Source: an uncultured virus (IMG/VR IMGVR_UViG_3300025009_000095)
Lineage: Duplodnaviria; Heunggongvirae; Uroviricota; Caudoviricetes
Length of the DNA stretch: 64,000 nt
Strand: one strand, 5' to 3'
Virus record (IMG/VR): IMGVR_UViG_3300025009_000095
Shown here: piece by piece, positions 36,784 to 46,665 of the stretch
Layout of the letters: each line of letters opens with the position of its first letter
How positions within the stretch are numbered: the stretch's first letter is position 1
Made by a program: the position numbers and the translations under genes
The notes under the pieces: generated by a model
Told to the model about the DNA's origin: nothing
What the model saw: the letters and a program-made list of their open reading frames with translations, nothing else
Databases searched by the model: none

Positions 36784-37206
36784 TCAAGTGATACGCAAAA
36801 TTTCATTCCTAGGCTGACCTACCTTGATCGGATTACCTTCATCGTCAGTACTCATTCCGTCATTGAAGCTCACGTCTGCTGAAAATTCCAGCCCAACAAG
36901 ATCAGACTCGTCAGTTTCCTCATCAGGATCAAGACCCAAGGCACGAATGAAATCTTTCACCATCCGCCACATCATGTTAGACTTGTCTTCATCATCGTTC
37001 TGATAATCTTTGTAATTTCCATACCACAATGTATGAAAGATACTATTCGCGTTATCTTCACCTTCAATCTGAATAACTAGCATACAACCATATCTGCCAG
37101 TTTTGTTTGATTTAGTCTCTTTGACCTTAGTAATTCTAAGATCATACTCCCCAGCTTCTACTGGTGCTTTCTCAGGAATGTCTTTGAGATTCGGAATCAT
37201 TGCCAT
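36784..37206 (-). CDS. SSB-like protein (DUF669-like)
   Basis: PVEAGEYDLRITKV...RNEI; beside AAA and nuclease genes. Confidence 0.6.
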   Translation of the reverse strand: MAMIPNLKDIPEKAPVEAGEYDLRITKVKETKSNKTGRYGCMLVIQIEGEDNANSIFHTLWYGNYKDYQNDDEDKSNMMWRMVKDFIRALGLDPDEETDESDLVGLEFSADVSFNDGMSTDDEGNPIKVGQPRNEILRIT

Positions 37207-37269
37207 AATAAAACTCCTTTATAAGGTTTGTTGTTAAAGCGATCTAAGAACAATTCTCAGATCAATTTA

Positions 37270-37470
37270 TTAGAAAGATAACATTCCTCTTTCTCTTTGC
37301 TGTAAACGTCTAGTCTTTTCTTTATTACTTTGATGCGGATTACTCCAAGACCTAGTAATCTTTTTAACTTTTTTCTTTTGTTTGATATTCTGTAATTTAA
37401 ATAATTCATTACTATATCCTAATTTAAATCCCATCATTGCATTAAATAATTTCTGTCCTTGAGTTAGCAT
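37270..37470 (-). CDS. Small basic hypothetical protein
   Basis: GGTGA RBS; K/R-rich. Confidence 0.4.
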   Translation of the reverse strand: MLTQGQKLFNAMMGFKLGYSNELFKLQNIKQKKKVKKITRSWSNPHQSNKEKTRRLQQRERGMLSF

Positions 37471-37480
37471 TTTATCACCA

Positions 37481-38278
37481 CTATTGAATGATTGTCTTTC
37501 CTGCAAGGTAAGCCTTAGCAAGCTGATCAAGGGTAACATCCTCAACCTTCGGCATGCTGAACACTCGTGACTTTGCTTCAAAACTAAGTTTTTCAGTGAA
37601 AAATATTTGTCTTTTCGTTCCTTGACAAGTCAGCAGATAAGCTTCATCAAAATCACATGCAAGAAGCTGACGAAACTGCCCATTAACTGCGGGATACCGG
37701 CCAACTACTTCCTGATTGGAATTCATCAAAGTGTGCAAATGCACTGTAACTGCTACTGCACAAGGAAGTTCCTGCAGAGTGCTTACCATGGTAGTCATCC
37801 AGTTAAGCAACTGACCCCAATGCGGCGGAGCCATTCCAAGTTTCATGTCAATCTTTTTACCGATGCCGCTCGGAGTAACTCCAGCTTTTTTTGCAATTTC
37901 CTCGATTGCTTTAAGATTTGCATTTGTCAGACTGTCAATAACAAGTAGCCCACTATTCTCTGCAAGCCAATCAAACAGGCCATCTTTCTCATCTTGTTGA
38001 AATTGATGCCAGAAATCAGAGAAAAGCTGCTTACTGCTTGAAAAGTTATCAATAGTTATATCATTTCGTTTTGATGCTATTTTCTCTATTGTTTTCTCTC
38101 CCCCTTTGTCAAACATATAATAATGAATCGGACCACTTGTATAAGTAGCTGTAAAGTGAGTTTTACCAGAACCGGAATTTCCTGTTAGAAGAAACTTCAA
38201 ATCAAACTTGCGTTTTTTAGCTGCAAGCTTGTGCTTATTCGGTGGCATTAATACTTTTGTTTGATTGTCCATAATCAT
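37481..38278 (-). CDS. AAA_24/Sak4-like ATPase
   Basis: GNSGSGKT Walker A; LVIDSLT Walker B. Confidence 0.75.
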   Translation of the reverse strand: MIMDNQTKVLMPPNKHKLAAKKRKFDLKFLLTGNSGSGKTHFTATYTSGPIHYYMFDKGGEKTIEKIASKRNDITIDNFSSSKQLFSDFWHQFQQDEKDGLFDWLAENSGLLVIDSLTNANLKAIEEIAKKAGVTPSGIGKKIDMKLGMAPPHWGQLLNWMTTMVSTLQELPCAVAVTVHLHTLMNSNQEVVGRYPAVNGQFRQLLACDFDEAYLLTCQGTKRQIFFTEKLSFEAKSRVFSMPKVEDVTLDQLAKAYLAGKTIIQ

Positions 38279-38305
38279 TTAAAACTCCTTTAAATGTTTA
38301 CAAAG

Positions 38306-38557
38306 TTAAGTTTCTTTTGATAAAGCAATTGCAAAATCTACATGCTTATCAAGAAGAAATTCTCCAATAGTTTGTCCTGAAGCATTTTTAAAATCAGAAA
38401 GACTTACAAAAATACATTTACGATCAACAAACAAGCTAATTGATTCGTCATAGATTTTACGAATTTCTTGCTCTTCCAGGCTTGCATCAGGACCAATATC
38501 CATCTCACAATCAAAAGAACATCGCGGAGAAATAGTTTTAGTCATTATTGTTTTCAT
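38306..38557 (-). CDS. Hypothetical protein
   Basis: Overlapping ORF in operon. Confidence 0.4.
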   Translation of the reverse strand: MKTIMTKTISPRCSFDCEMDIGPDASLEEQEIRKIYDESISLFVDRKCIFVSLSDFKNASGQTIGEFLLDKHVDFAIALSKET

Positions 38558-39521
38558 GATTTGCTAGCCTCTTTCTCATATTTGCATCATGCAAGTCGGG
38601 GTCCCAGGCATCATAATGAAATCCTTGAGGAGGCTTATCAAGCCAACCAAGTGGATTATTTCTCATCTTGCAAAGATCAAAATAAGGGCAAGGAGACATA
38701 AAACTAGTGCAAGCTGAACCACAGTTGCGATGAAAAGAACTCAGCAAATCAGAACGATCCTTGCATCTTATTTTATCTTCCTCAAGGAGCCTAATATCTT
38801 CCTGAAGCTTCTCAACATAATAAATCAAGTCATGCAGAAAGTGATCAATTGCACTGGATCGTTTGCTGATTGTAATCGGTTGAAAGTCAATCTTGCCTTT
38901 TTGAACTAAAGCAACTCGATAAGTGATCTTTGGAATCTTGTCATAAAATAGCCTTCCGGCAGTCAAGTAACCATCTGTCTGAAAACTATTTTCAAATTGT
39001 TGTGGAGTAATTTTGTAAATTGCTTTAGCTGTCTTGTGATCAATAATCTCAATACCCTCACCATCACTGAGAATCAGATCAATCCGACCAATATAACGTG
39101 GCAAGTTTGGCCCAAATTGTGAAAGATCAATAGCGAAGGGGGCTTCGACAGCAAGAACATTATGCTTGGAAGAATCAAGTTCCTTGAACCGTTCCCAGTA
39201 TGCTTTGTACATATTCGCAGCATGTCCAGGAGACTTAGGAAAGATCAAGTCTTCGTCTTTCCAATGTGGCGCACCATCAAGAGCCCAAAGCTTATTAAAT
39301 GCCTTGATCGAATGAATGGTCAAATCCATTGGTTTGACAGACTTGTCATTTTTGAGCAAGTTGTATGATTCTTCTAGCCCATAATGCCAGCAAGAACCAA
39401 ATACAAGATGAATAGAATTGCCAGCAGGACGCAAATTCATTATATACTGGAAAAGAAATTTGCGCGGGCAACTCATATATGTACTGATTGAACTGTAATC
39501 AATCTTTTCTGTATAATCCAT
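38538..39521 (-). CDS. PD-(D/E)XK (RecB/Cas4-like) nuclease
   Basis: YSSISTYMSCPRK, GSCWH, GRIDLI, IIDHKT, C-terminal Cys cluster. Confidence 0.85.
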   Translation of the reverse strand: MDYTEKIDYSSISTYMSCPRKFLFQYIMNLRPAGNSIHLVFGSCWHYGLEESYNLLKNDKSVKPMDLTIHSIKAFNKLWALDGAPHWKDEDLIFPKSPGHAANMYKAYWERFKELDSSKHNVLAVEAPFAIDLSQFGPNLPRYIGRIDLILSDGEGIEIIDHKTAKAIYKITPQQFENSFQTDGYLTAGRLFYDKIPKITYRVALVQKGKIDFQPITISKRSSAIDHFLHDLIYYVEKLQEDIRLLEEDKIRCKDRSDLLSSFHRNCGSACTSFMSPCPYFDLCKMRNNPLGWLDKPPQGFHYDAWDPDLHDANMRKRLANHENNND

Positions 39522-39552
39522 GAGAAACCTCTCAAGGTTAAGTTAATAAAAT

Positions 39553-39630
39553 GTCGGGCTTCCACCGACTCCCACTTCGCTTTAACGTATGCGTGTCCAA
39601 TACGACCTGACTTTCCAGGCTGTCAGGCAC
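39553..39630 (-). ncRNA. Candidate structured intergenic RNA
   Basis: Three consecutive hairpins on the - strand: CCUG-GAAAGU-CAGG, CGUAU-N9-AUACG, GUCGG-UGGAAGC-CCGAC. Confidence 0.35.
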
Positions 39631-39996
39631 TTACCGCGCGTTATTAAACTGCGCCAGAACTGCTTCACGAACCTCAGGAGGCAGATTGCCAAGAGCTTCC
39701 ATTGCTTTCTCTTCAGCAGTCTTGGTTATGCGAAGGCTCGGTTTCCAATCACTAAAGTCCTCAGCAGCAATAGCTTCATCAGAGTTACTGAACTCGCCAT
39801 TGTCATCTTTTTCTTCGAGCTTCCTGCGAACTACGGCCCGAAAGCTAACTTTGAGCTGATTCTTAACCTGATTGACTACCAGTTCCTCACCAAGAGCTTC
39901 CACGAGTTCCTCGACCGAGCTGCATCCCATGATTGCCGGCTCAGTAACGGTGATTTCACGAGTGGCTTGATTTGAAACTACTTTGATCATTGACAT
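39631..39996 (-). CDS. Hypothetical protein, paralog of 51040-51441, with shared C-terminal tag
   Basis: AGGGAG RBS; WKPSLRITKTAEEKAMEALGNLPPEVREAVLAQF. Confidence 0.7.
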   Translation of the reverse strand: MSMIKVVSNQATREITVTEPAIMGCSSVEELVEALGEELVVNQVKNQLKVSFRAVVRRKLEEKDDNGEFSNSDEAIAAEDFSDWKPSLRITKTAEEKAMEALGNLPPEVREAVLAQFNNAR

Positions 39997-40106
39997 AATA
40001 ATTCTCCCTAATAAAATGAGATTGATAAATTGGGCACAACGCCCGCAATTAAAACAGGGAATTTCCGGGCTGGAAAAAACCCGGCCTTTCCCGACTTTGA
40101 AACCAC

Positions 40107-40175
40107 ACAATAACACCCTTACGGGCAAAAAGCAACATATTTTTTTATTTTTTTTAGCCTTTTTTTGCCTTTTCA
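40107..40175 (-). promoter_or_regulatory. sigma70-type promoter with A-tract UP element
   Basis: TTGCTT-17-TATTGT on - strand with upstream A tracts. Confidence 0.55.
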
Positions 40176-40185
40176 CCTCCTTAGA

Positions 40186-40464
40186 TTACCATGTGTGAAG
40201 TGTACTAATAACTGGATCAATAAAATTTCCTTCTCTGTCAATTATCCAATTTCTTTCACCTTCCTCACCACAAAAAGGACAATCAGTATTAGGAAGATCC
40301 CATATCTTTTTTAATTCCTCTTTTGAGATAAAAAGATTGTGTTCACATTTACGACAAATAAATACTATATCAGGGTTTGCATCATCATCAGTTTTGTTTT
40401 TATTGTTTTTTGGCTCTTGAAACTGCTCATCAGCTAAACCATTATTTGGTTTTGATTCCACCAT
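40186..40464 (-). CDS. Zinc-ribbon hypothetical protein
   Basis: CRKC...CPFC; AAGGAG RBS. Confidence 0.5.
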   Translation of the reverse strand: MVESKPNNGLADEQFQEPKNNKNKTDDDANPDIVFICRKCEHNLFISKEELKKIWDLPNTDCPFCGEEGERNWIIDREGNFIDPVISTLHTW

Positions 40465-40648
40465 GAGATTTCTCCTTGAGTAGATTTTTATACTTGCCAA
40501 GATCTCTGAATTGCTTGTACTTTTCCTCAGCTTGCCTGGCAGTTTCTTTGCTATGTGGTCCCTTGATTGACCATAAACCAAGTTTGCAAGTAATAATCAC
40601 GCAATCAGTGCAGGGTTTGTAGTTTACGCAAAGATCAAAGTTATTCAT
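40442..40648 (-). CDS. Hypothetical protein
   Basis: Coupled ORF with Cys motif. Confidence 0.4.
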   Translation of the reverse strand: MNNFDLCVNYKPCTDCVIITCKLGLWSIKGPHSKETARQAEEKYKQFRDLGKYKNLLKEKSHGGIKTK

Positions 40649-40656
40649 GATATACC

Positions 40657-40842
40657 TTATTTACTAGAAGTTTTACTTCCATTAACTGCACCTGCTAAAA
40701 TTAAACAAGCAAGCCAATTTTTTAACGTGTAAGCTATACTAAAACTAAAAAGTGTATTTAAACCCCAAATAATAGCTATTGGGCCAACTACCATAAGAAT
40801 AAAGACAATTAGGATTACTATAATAATTTTACCCATTTTCAA
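40657..40842 (-). CDS. Small membrane protein
   Basis: Two hydrophobic segments; GPIAIIWGLNTLF. Confidence 0.5.
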   Translation of the reverse strand: MKMGKIIIVILIVFILMVVGPIAIIWGLNTLFSFSIAYTLKNWLACLILAGAVNGSKTSSK

Positions 40843-41105
40843 AACTCCTTTATATGCTTAGAAAGATCATCAAGTATAACATTCTTAAAGTGCGAATTAG
40901 CTGTTTGCATAAGACCTATAGCTATACGAATGTATTTTACTTGCTGAATATAGTTATCTATTGTTATCTTGAGGATATTGTTTTCTTTCTCCAGCCGTTC
41001 TACTTCCTTTGTTAAAGACTGTATGCTTGCCATGTTAATAATCTCCTCATTAAATATAAAAAGTTCTCCAGGAACTTCTGATTTCTCCAAATTTATGGTA
41101 GACAA
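40839..41105 (-). CDS. Hypothetical coiled-coil protein
   Basis: ORF in operon; start uncertain. Confidence 0.4.
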   Translation of the reverse strand: MSTINLEKSEVPGELFIFNEEIINMASIQSLTKEVERLEKENNILKITIDNYIQQVKYIRIAIGLMQTANSHFKNVILDDLSKHIKEF

Positions 41106-41229
41106 GAATGCTTACAGCACCACAACGAGTGCATTCTTTTCTTCCTGGGCCTATATAAACTGCCCACTCATGCCCCTTCTTCCGGCATCGTCGCTTCTTC
41201 ATTATTTGGACGAACTCTGGCCAGGTCAT
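41050..41229 (-). CDS. Small Cys/His protein
   Basis: CRKKGHEW...CTRCG; AGGAG RBS. Confidence 0.4.
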   Translation of the reverse strand: MTWPEFVQIMKKRRCRKKGHEWAVYIGPGRKECTRCGAVSILVYHKFGEIRSSWRTFYI

Positions 41230-41230
41230 C

Positions 41231-41572
41231 TTATTTCTCCTGTGAATGAATCGTTCCAATAACTTCCATAAAAGCCTCGTCAATTTTAGTTTCAGGAAAT
41301 GGAAATCCATGAGGAACCTTTCTGAAGCCACATTCTTCATTAGACCAAATAACCAGATAAGTTTTTGATGCTCCAGGCATTGTTGTTTTGATGAGATCAT
41401 TCTCATAAATCATAGCACCATTTGCATCTAATTTTCCTGTGAACATATCAAGGTCTTTTAACTCAAATTCCGCTGATCGAAGGTCAATAGCTTTGTAATC
41501 ATTGATAAAGATTAAATTCTCATTTGCATACCAGTATTCTTTTCCATCCCATGCTCTAAATTTTTTAATCAT
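41231..41572 (-). CDS. YopX family protein
   Basis: KFRAWD...FTGKLDANG..IYENDL...EVIGTIH. Confidence 0.85.
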   Translation of the reverse strand: MIKKFRAWDGKEYWYANENLIFINDYKAIDLRSAEFELKDLDMFTGKLDANGAMIYENDLIKTTMPGASKTYLVIWSNEECGFRKVPHGFPFPETKIDEAFMEVIGTIHSQEK

Positions 41573-41808
41573 AATTTTCCAAGCTCCTTTAAAATAGCTT
41601 GAAAATCAGCAATAGCCAATTTCAATTTAAGATCATCAATAATAACAGCATTATCAATCGTTGCTGTTGTATATGAACCACGACCTTTAACTCCATGCCG
41701 ACAATCAGCTTGAGTAGCTTGTCTTCCATTAAATATTTCTTTTAATTGATAATATCTTTCTGCTAAAACATTTATATATTCCTGATGTTTCTTTTTCATA
41801 ATTAACAT
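41569..41808 (-). CDS. Hypothetical protein
   Basis: AAGGAG RBS. Confidence 0.45.
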   Translation of the reverse strand: MLIMKKKHQEYINVLAERYYQLKEIFNGRQATQADCRHGVKGRGSYTTATIDNAVIIDDLKLKLAIADFQAILKELGKL

Positions 41809-41820
41809 AATTAAGCTCCT

Positions 41821-42024
41821 TTAATAAAGTTTTCCAGTAAAAATATGCTCTAAATCATTTCTAATAGCTCTGAGCTTTTCTGCTCGTTTAGCAGCATCTG
41901 CTATTAAATGATCCATTTCATCAGCTTCATGCCTAGGAGCATATTCCTCATTTGCTGCAATATTAAGAAAACACAATATTTCTACTGATATTTTATTGAT
42001 TATTTGAACTTGTTGTTCTCTCAT
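41821..42024 (-). CDS. Hypothetical protein
   Basis: AAGGAG RBS. Confidence 0.45.
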   Translation of the reverse strand: MREQQVQIINKISVEILCFLNIAANEEYAPRHEADEMDHLIADAAKRAEKLRAIRNDLEHIFTGKLY

Positions 42025-42037
42025 GATAAAGCTCCTT

Positions 42038-42325
42038 TTATTTATTAAGTAAACTTTTAAGATGTTCAATATATGCAAGCAGGCTTTTATTTTCTTTTTC
42101 TAGTTCAGGATATTGATTAAATCTTTTTACAAGTTCAATAGATACTAATTTGCATGTATCACTATATTCCTTACTAGGGAACTGCATCCATGGTTGAATG
42201 AAATAAAATTCCGGTTTTGATGTAAATTCAGCGAAATCATGGGATTTACTAAAATCATAAAAGATATCAAAACCTGAGCCATTATTTGTTCCTTGAACAG
42301 AAAGTTTTAATTTTCCAAATTCCAT
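42038..42325 (-). CDS. Hypothetical protein
   Basis: AAGGAG RBS. Confidence 0.45.
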   Translation of the reverse strand: MEFGKLKLSVQGTNNGSGFDIFYDFSKSHDFAEFTSKPEFYFIQPWMQFPSKEYSDTCKLVSIELVKRFNQYPELEKENKSLLAYIEHLKSLLNK

Positions 42326-43815
42326 ATTTTAAGCTCCTTATTAGCTTCTTGCTTCATCATAAGCAACTCTTTATTGATTTGAACTGCTGCCTGGAATGTT
42401 TGCGGAAAAGTTGCCTGACATTCGCTTAAGTCAAGTTTATGTAATGCTCTACTTGCAGCAACATACAGGATGTTTGTTTCTTCTTGAGTAGGAACATTTC
42501 CATCTCCAGGAATCTTGAAATCATTTGCCAGCTTGACTACTGACCATTCAAGGCCTTTAGACTTATGGGCTGTAGTTATCGTAACGCTCGCATCATCAGC
42601 TGACTCAGTAGTTGATTCTAGGATGTTCAGCAATCTTTCACGGCCATAAACTTCAATAAGCTTCAGGACTGCTTTAAGATCTCCACCCATCGGGGAATCA
42701 GAGTATTCTTTAAGATCTGTAAAGCTAGTAAATAAGAACAAATCAGGGTGATTCGTGTAACCTTTTATTTTGAGTTGAAAAATCGAGTTAATCAAGTAAG
42801 TTAATGGTTGAATGCCGCCTAAGATGTGAACTGATTCACCTTTTGCAAGCTCCTTGATAGTTTCTGCAATGACTCCTTTGTTTGTTCTGCAAATGATGCA
42901 GTCAATGTTACTCAGCGGATTGTAAAAGATTTGTGATTGAATCTCATCATTCCCATGAAAAGGAACATAGTCGAAATCAGCGGGATAGTAAGATTCAATG
43001 ATGTTATTTGTTAAGTTTGCTATGCCTTCACCGAAACGAAAACTTCTAGTAATATAAAGTTTCGCCAGCCTCTCATCTTGCAAGGCATTAACTGCTCCAC
43101 GCCAAGCATAGATTTGCTGAAACTGATCACCCACAAAAATCTTCTGACAATTTTGTTTCTTGATTATGTCTGCAATGACAGGATTGCTGTCCTGGTATTC
43201 GTCAAAGAAAATATAATCTACGTTGATCTTCGGATTAGTCAAGGCCCAGATCTTCAGATAGACATCATGTGTTATTGGTAGGTCAGATTGCTCGTTTGCC
43301 ATCTCATTGAAAACTTCGGCAGAATAATAAACTAAGTCTTCTTTCATCAGGTCGATGTTTTTCTCATCTAGGATCGTTAGCTGAGGAAGATGCTTGTAGC
43401 TGATTATTCTGTCAGCCGAATAGCAATACTTGCGAATAGTATTCAGAATCAAGTAACCTTTATTGCTCGGACTGTTATAAAGTTGCCACTCCCCGATGTC
43501 TTGTGTGTCTGCAAGATGCTTGCCTGTGAGTTTCTTTAGACGATGCTTGTACTTGAAGCCTACTGCTCCATAAGCGAGAGCATGGCCAGTTTTGCAAGTA
43601 ACTGCTGAATTGAACTTCTTGCTTGCTTCAATTGAAAGGAGCTTATTAAAGCTGATTGACAAGCCATATCCTTTCATCTTGCGGGCAAGAGCAAGCAGCA
43701 GAAATGTTTTACCTGATCCTGGAGGCGCTTGGATTGCATGATTTTCACCTTGCAGGATTGTGTTTATGTGATTCTCTTGCTCTGCTGTGAGAATCTTTCC
43801 CTTGTATTTGATCAT
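42307..43815 (-). CDS. UvrD/Rep-like SF1 helicase
   Basis: APPGSGKT, FDEYQD, VGDQFQQIY, SFRF, TAHKSKGLEW, YVAASRA. Confidence 0.9.
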   Translation of the reverse strand: MIKYKGKILTAEQENHINTILQGENHAIQAPPGSGKTFLLLALARKMKGYGLSISFNKLLSIEASKKFNSAVTCKTGHALAYGAVGFKYKHRLKKLTGKHLADTQDIGEWQLYNSPSNKGYLILNTIRKYCYSADRIISYKHLPQLTILDEKNIDLMKEDLVYYSAEVFNEMANEQSDLPITHDVYLKIWALTNPKINVDYIFFDEYQDSNPVIADIIKKQNCQKIFVGDQFQQIYAWRGAVNALQDERLAKLYITRSFRFGEGIANLTNNIIESYYPADFDYVPFHGNDEIQSQIFYNPLSNIDCIICRTNKGVIAETIKELAKGESVHILGGIQPLTYLINSIFQLKIKGYTNHPDLFLFTSFTDLKEYSDSPMGGDLKAVLKLIEVYGRERLLNILESTTESADDASVTITTAHKSKGLEWSVVKLANDFKIPGDGNVPTQEETNILYVAASRALHKLDLSECQATFPQTFQAAVQINKELLMMKQEANKELKIWNLEN

Positions 43816-43845
43816 ATTGAAATTCCTTATAATTTATGAAACAAT

Positions 43846-44085
43846 TTAAAATCTTACAGACATAGGATCAAGAGAGAGCTTGTAATCATAAATCCATGCC
43901 TCGATTCTCCTGATTCTTGCTTCTATGGTAAGTCTTTCGAGATTAGCAAGGTGATTATCACGATCTTTTTTCTTTTCTTTTGCTGTGCATTCTCCACAAG
44001 TATCTATTGTCCTTTGAGAAGCTACTTGACACACTGTAGCTGGTTTATGACATTTGCTACAAATAATATTATCTATATATGCCAT
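43846..44085 (-). CDS. Zinc-finger hypothetical protein
   Basis: CSKC...CGEC. Confidence 0.45.
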   Translation of the reverse strand: MAYIDNIICSKCHKPATVCQVASQRTIDTCGECTAKEKKKDRDNHLANLERLTIEARIRRIEAWIYDYKLSLDPMSVRF

Positions 44086-44098
44086 GATATTTTCCTTT

Positions 44099-44266
44099 TT
44101 ACTTGACTAAGTTTTTAGCTTTTTGAAGGCCACGAAAAGCTGCACACATGTTATTGCTGAGCTGCTCTTCTGCTATGTCAAGAAAAACTAAAGCTTTTTC
44201 TAGCTTAGTGATTCTTTTTAGGAGCTTGTCTTTTGATAGAGGCTTCTGAATGAACTTAGTCTTCAT
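44099..44266 (-). CDS. Small hypothetical protein (55 aa, not in ORF track)
   Basis: MKTKFIQKPLSKDKLLKRI...; AGGAG RBS. Confidence 0.45.
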   Translation of the reverse strand: MKTKFIQKPLSKDKLLKRITKLEKALVFLDIAEEQLSNNMCAAFRGLQKAKNLVK

Positions 44267-44546
44267 GATTATCTCCTGACAATAATGAATGCTCGCTTAA
44301 TGTATATAATATATCTGCATTTACTACTTTATTTTTATACCAGTACTCTTTCAAAATACATGTATGCATATTTCCAAAATAAAATGGAGTTCCTTTATTA
44401 GCTTCTCCTTTAGTTGATAAGGAAATTACTACAGTTTCATCTCTTTCTTGATGATAAAAAAGAGGCACTTGCTTAGCAACATCATTATTATCATAAGAAT
44501 CAATTATTTCTAAGAGTGCTTGAATTATTTCTTTGTCTTTATTCAT
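44256..44546 (-). CDS. Hypothetical protein
   Basis: GAGGAG RBS. Confidence 0.45.
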   Translation of the reverse strand: MNKDKEIIQALLEIIDSYDNNDVAKQVPLFYHQERDETVVISLSTKGEANKGTPFYFGNMHTCILKEYWYKNKVVNADILYTLSEHSLLSGDNHED

Positions 44547-44602
44547 GATGATTCTCTCCTCGTTGTTAATCAGGGTCGCTGCGCTCCCATTGTTAGTAAA
44601 GA

Positions 44603-45118
44603 TTACTCTGCTTTGCAACTATTAATTATGATTTTTATGTATTGTTTTGCTTTTTCAAGTGACCAAGCATGGATGTAATTATTACCAATGGTAGTATCTT
44701 CATCAGGGAATAAATCAGCTCCATCAATCTTACATTTTGTATCTGACCAATCAATATTGATAACTCTCTTACGCCAACCAATCTTGATTCGACCAATAGT
44801 AGTTGTCACGATAAACCAAGGAAGATGTTGACAACACCAGTCATTGCAATATTGATTTGGTATTTCTTCTACATAAATCGGCTGTGGAAATAATTTGATT
44901 AATTCTTTATTTTCTTCAGTTTCTTTTTTTGTCTTTGGATTATTTATTTTTATTGCTAATTGTATTTCTCTTGATATCATTTCTTCAGCGCGCCTAATTG
45001 CATTATGAATTCCTTGATATTTAAGATTATCTAAATCAAGGCTTGTAGCTAATTCAATATGAATACCAAAAGAATATGATCCAAATGATTCTCTTTTAAA
45101 TACTGTTTTATAATCCAT
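44603..45118 (-). CDS. Phage hypothetical protein
   Basis: IPNQYC...CC...PW...IGWRKRVINIDW; AGGAG RBS. Confidence 0.55.
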   Translation of the reverse strand: MDYKTVFKRESFGSYSFGIHIELATSLDLDNLKYQGIHNAIRRAEEMISREIQLAIKINNPKTKKETEENKELIKLFPQPIYVEEIPNQYCNDWCCQHLPWFIVTTTIGRIKIGWRKRVINIDWSDTKCKIDGADLFPDEDTTIGNNYIHAWSLEKAKQYIKIIINSCKAE

Positions 45119-45126
45119 TTTATCTC

Positions 45127-45390
45127 CTAATAAAGACTGTCCATTTTGATTTTTTGTGCTCGCTTAGTTTCTTTCCAAAGTTGCTTAACTAAGTCAAGCG
45201 AGAACTGGGATGCTGGGCTTGTCGGGTTAGATGATCGGGCGATTGCTAGAAGCAGGGCAGTTTTGACTATGTTGCTGTTTGTTACTAGTTTATCTTCTGA
45301 TACTCCTTGTTCGATCAGACTATCTCGGACTTTTGCAAATTCTTCAAGAGTTATTCTAGTAGAAACTGGACGTGTTATTTCGGCTGGCAT
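45127..45390 (-). CDS. Ribbon-helix-helix-like protein
   Basis: RPVSTRITLEEFAKV...NSNIVKTAL. Confidence 0.5.
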   Translation of the reverse strand: MPAEITRPVSTRITLEEFAKVRDSLIEQGVSEDKLVTNSNIVKTALLLAIARSSNPTSPASQFSLDLVKQLWKETKRAQKIKMDSLY

Positions 45391-45415
45391 GATTAGGTTC
45401 CTTATTTAATAATAT

Positions 45416-46066
45416 TTATTTAATGTTCAGTAATGCCGGATTAAGCACGCCTCCTGATTTATTAGCTAGTTCGCCTTCATTACTAATTTGAGTATCAAGA
45501 TTATGCCAAACGCGCAGTTCTTCACCATAGAGCCAAACCTTAGAAAGTATTCCAACAGCACAACCATACATAAAACCAGTAATTCCTTCAATATCTGCAA
45601 GATGTGAACATTCTTCTGCAATATCAGCTATTTGTTCTCCTGAGGCTTTTCGCACTTCCATTAATTGTGCCCATCTTTCTGCATAGATTATCACAGTACC
45701 ACCATATGAATCTGTATTCTTTTCACAGATTTTTTTCCATCCTTCATTATCTCGCAAGCTCATATGCTCTGGAGCATTTTTAAGCATATTGGCAAGTTTA
45801 TCTTTCTTTTCTTTTTCTTTACGTTGATAATCTTCTTGTTGTTTTTTATATTCTGGTGATGCTATGTATTCTTCATGTAAGCGGCGCGATTCATTTTTGT
45901 AAGATTGAGCTAAAGATTTTGAGGCACTGGTTGGTAAAGCTATAAGTTTTTGCCCATTAAATTCAAATTCTATATAACAATGTTTTGCTTTTGCCATGAT
46001 TACGGCTTTTTCACATGCTGCATTAATATCACATCCTGCATAAATTTCTATTTTTTCAGTTTTCAT
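45416..46066 (-). CDS. Phage hypothetical protein
   Basis: 216 aa; GITGFMYGCAVGILSKVW. Confidence 0.55.
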   Translation of the reverse strand: MKTEKIEIYAGCDINAACEKAVIMAKAKHCYIEFEFNGQKLIALPTSASKSLAQSYKNESRRLHEEYIASPEYKKQQEDYQRKEKEKKDKLANMLKNAPEHMSLRDNEGWKKICEKNTDSYGGTVIIYAERWAQLMEVRKASGEQIADIAEECSHLADIEGITGFMYGCAVGILSKVWLYGEELRVWHNLDTQISNEGELANKSGGVLNPALLNIK

Positions 46067-46115
46067 TAGGTTTTCCTTTAAGTTATTTATTAGTTATTTT
46101 AATTAATTATTTTAA

Positions 46116-46304
46116 TTAATGTACTGGCAGCCCTGCGTCAAGGCGTTTTCTGCGAGGAACATGATAAGTTGGTTTGCCAATTGAAATGCGATGACACTTG
46201 TAACATAAAGATGCTTGTGGTTTTTTGTCTATGAGATTTTGCTTAAGGATCGTGTTGCAACGAGAACATTTATGGGATGATTTTACTGTGTAAGAATTTT
46301 TCAT
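46116..46304 (-). CDS. Small zinc-finger protein
   Basis: CSRC...CYKC; AAGGAG RBS. Confidence 0.5.
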   Translation of the reverse strand: MKNSYTVKSSHKCSRCNTILKQNLIDKKPQASLCYKCHRISIGKPTYHVPRRKRLDAGLPVH

Positions 46305-46330
46305 GATAAAGCTCCTTGTGAGTTGTTTGA

Positions 46331-46624
46331 TTAATCTTCGAGTGATGTTTTCACTGGTGATTGCTTTTGAATTTCGATTAGTTCATCAAGAGTGATTTGA
46401 TTCCTCAGAGGATTGTTGATGAAATGCTCGATTTCTGCTTGAATATGCGTTGGTACTACATCTAATTTGTTGATGATCATTTTAGTCATGTAAGTATGAT
46501 AGATTGATTTGACCATCTCGTTGAGACTAGTGAGTTGATAGGTTGGTTCAAGTTGTCGGATTGCTTGCAGCCCGCAAGCTAGTTGATAAGTTGTAAGTTT
46601 AAATACTATGCGGTGAGATTTCAT
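46331..46624 (-). CDS. RHH-like protein, paralog of 49481-50047
   Basis: IVFKLTTYQLACGLQAIRQLEP vs VSFRISDYHLARGLRAIRILEP. Confidence 0.6.
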   Translation of the reverse strand: MKSHRIVFKLTTYQLACGLQAIRQLEPTYQLTSLNEMVKSIYHTYMTKMIINKLDVVPTHIQAEIEHFINNPLRNQITLDELIEIQKQSPVKTSLED

Positions 46625-46665
46625 TTTATTTGCCCTATAATGGTTGTTCATAAGTGAACGGAAAG

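Noticed and set aside
38538..39521. Cas4 of a CRISPR system
   Set aside because: Sits with AAA/Sak4-like and SSB-like genes, the usual phage recombination module
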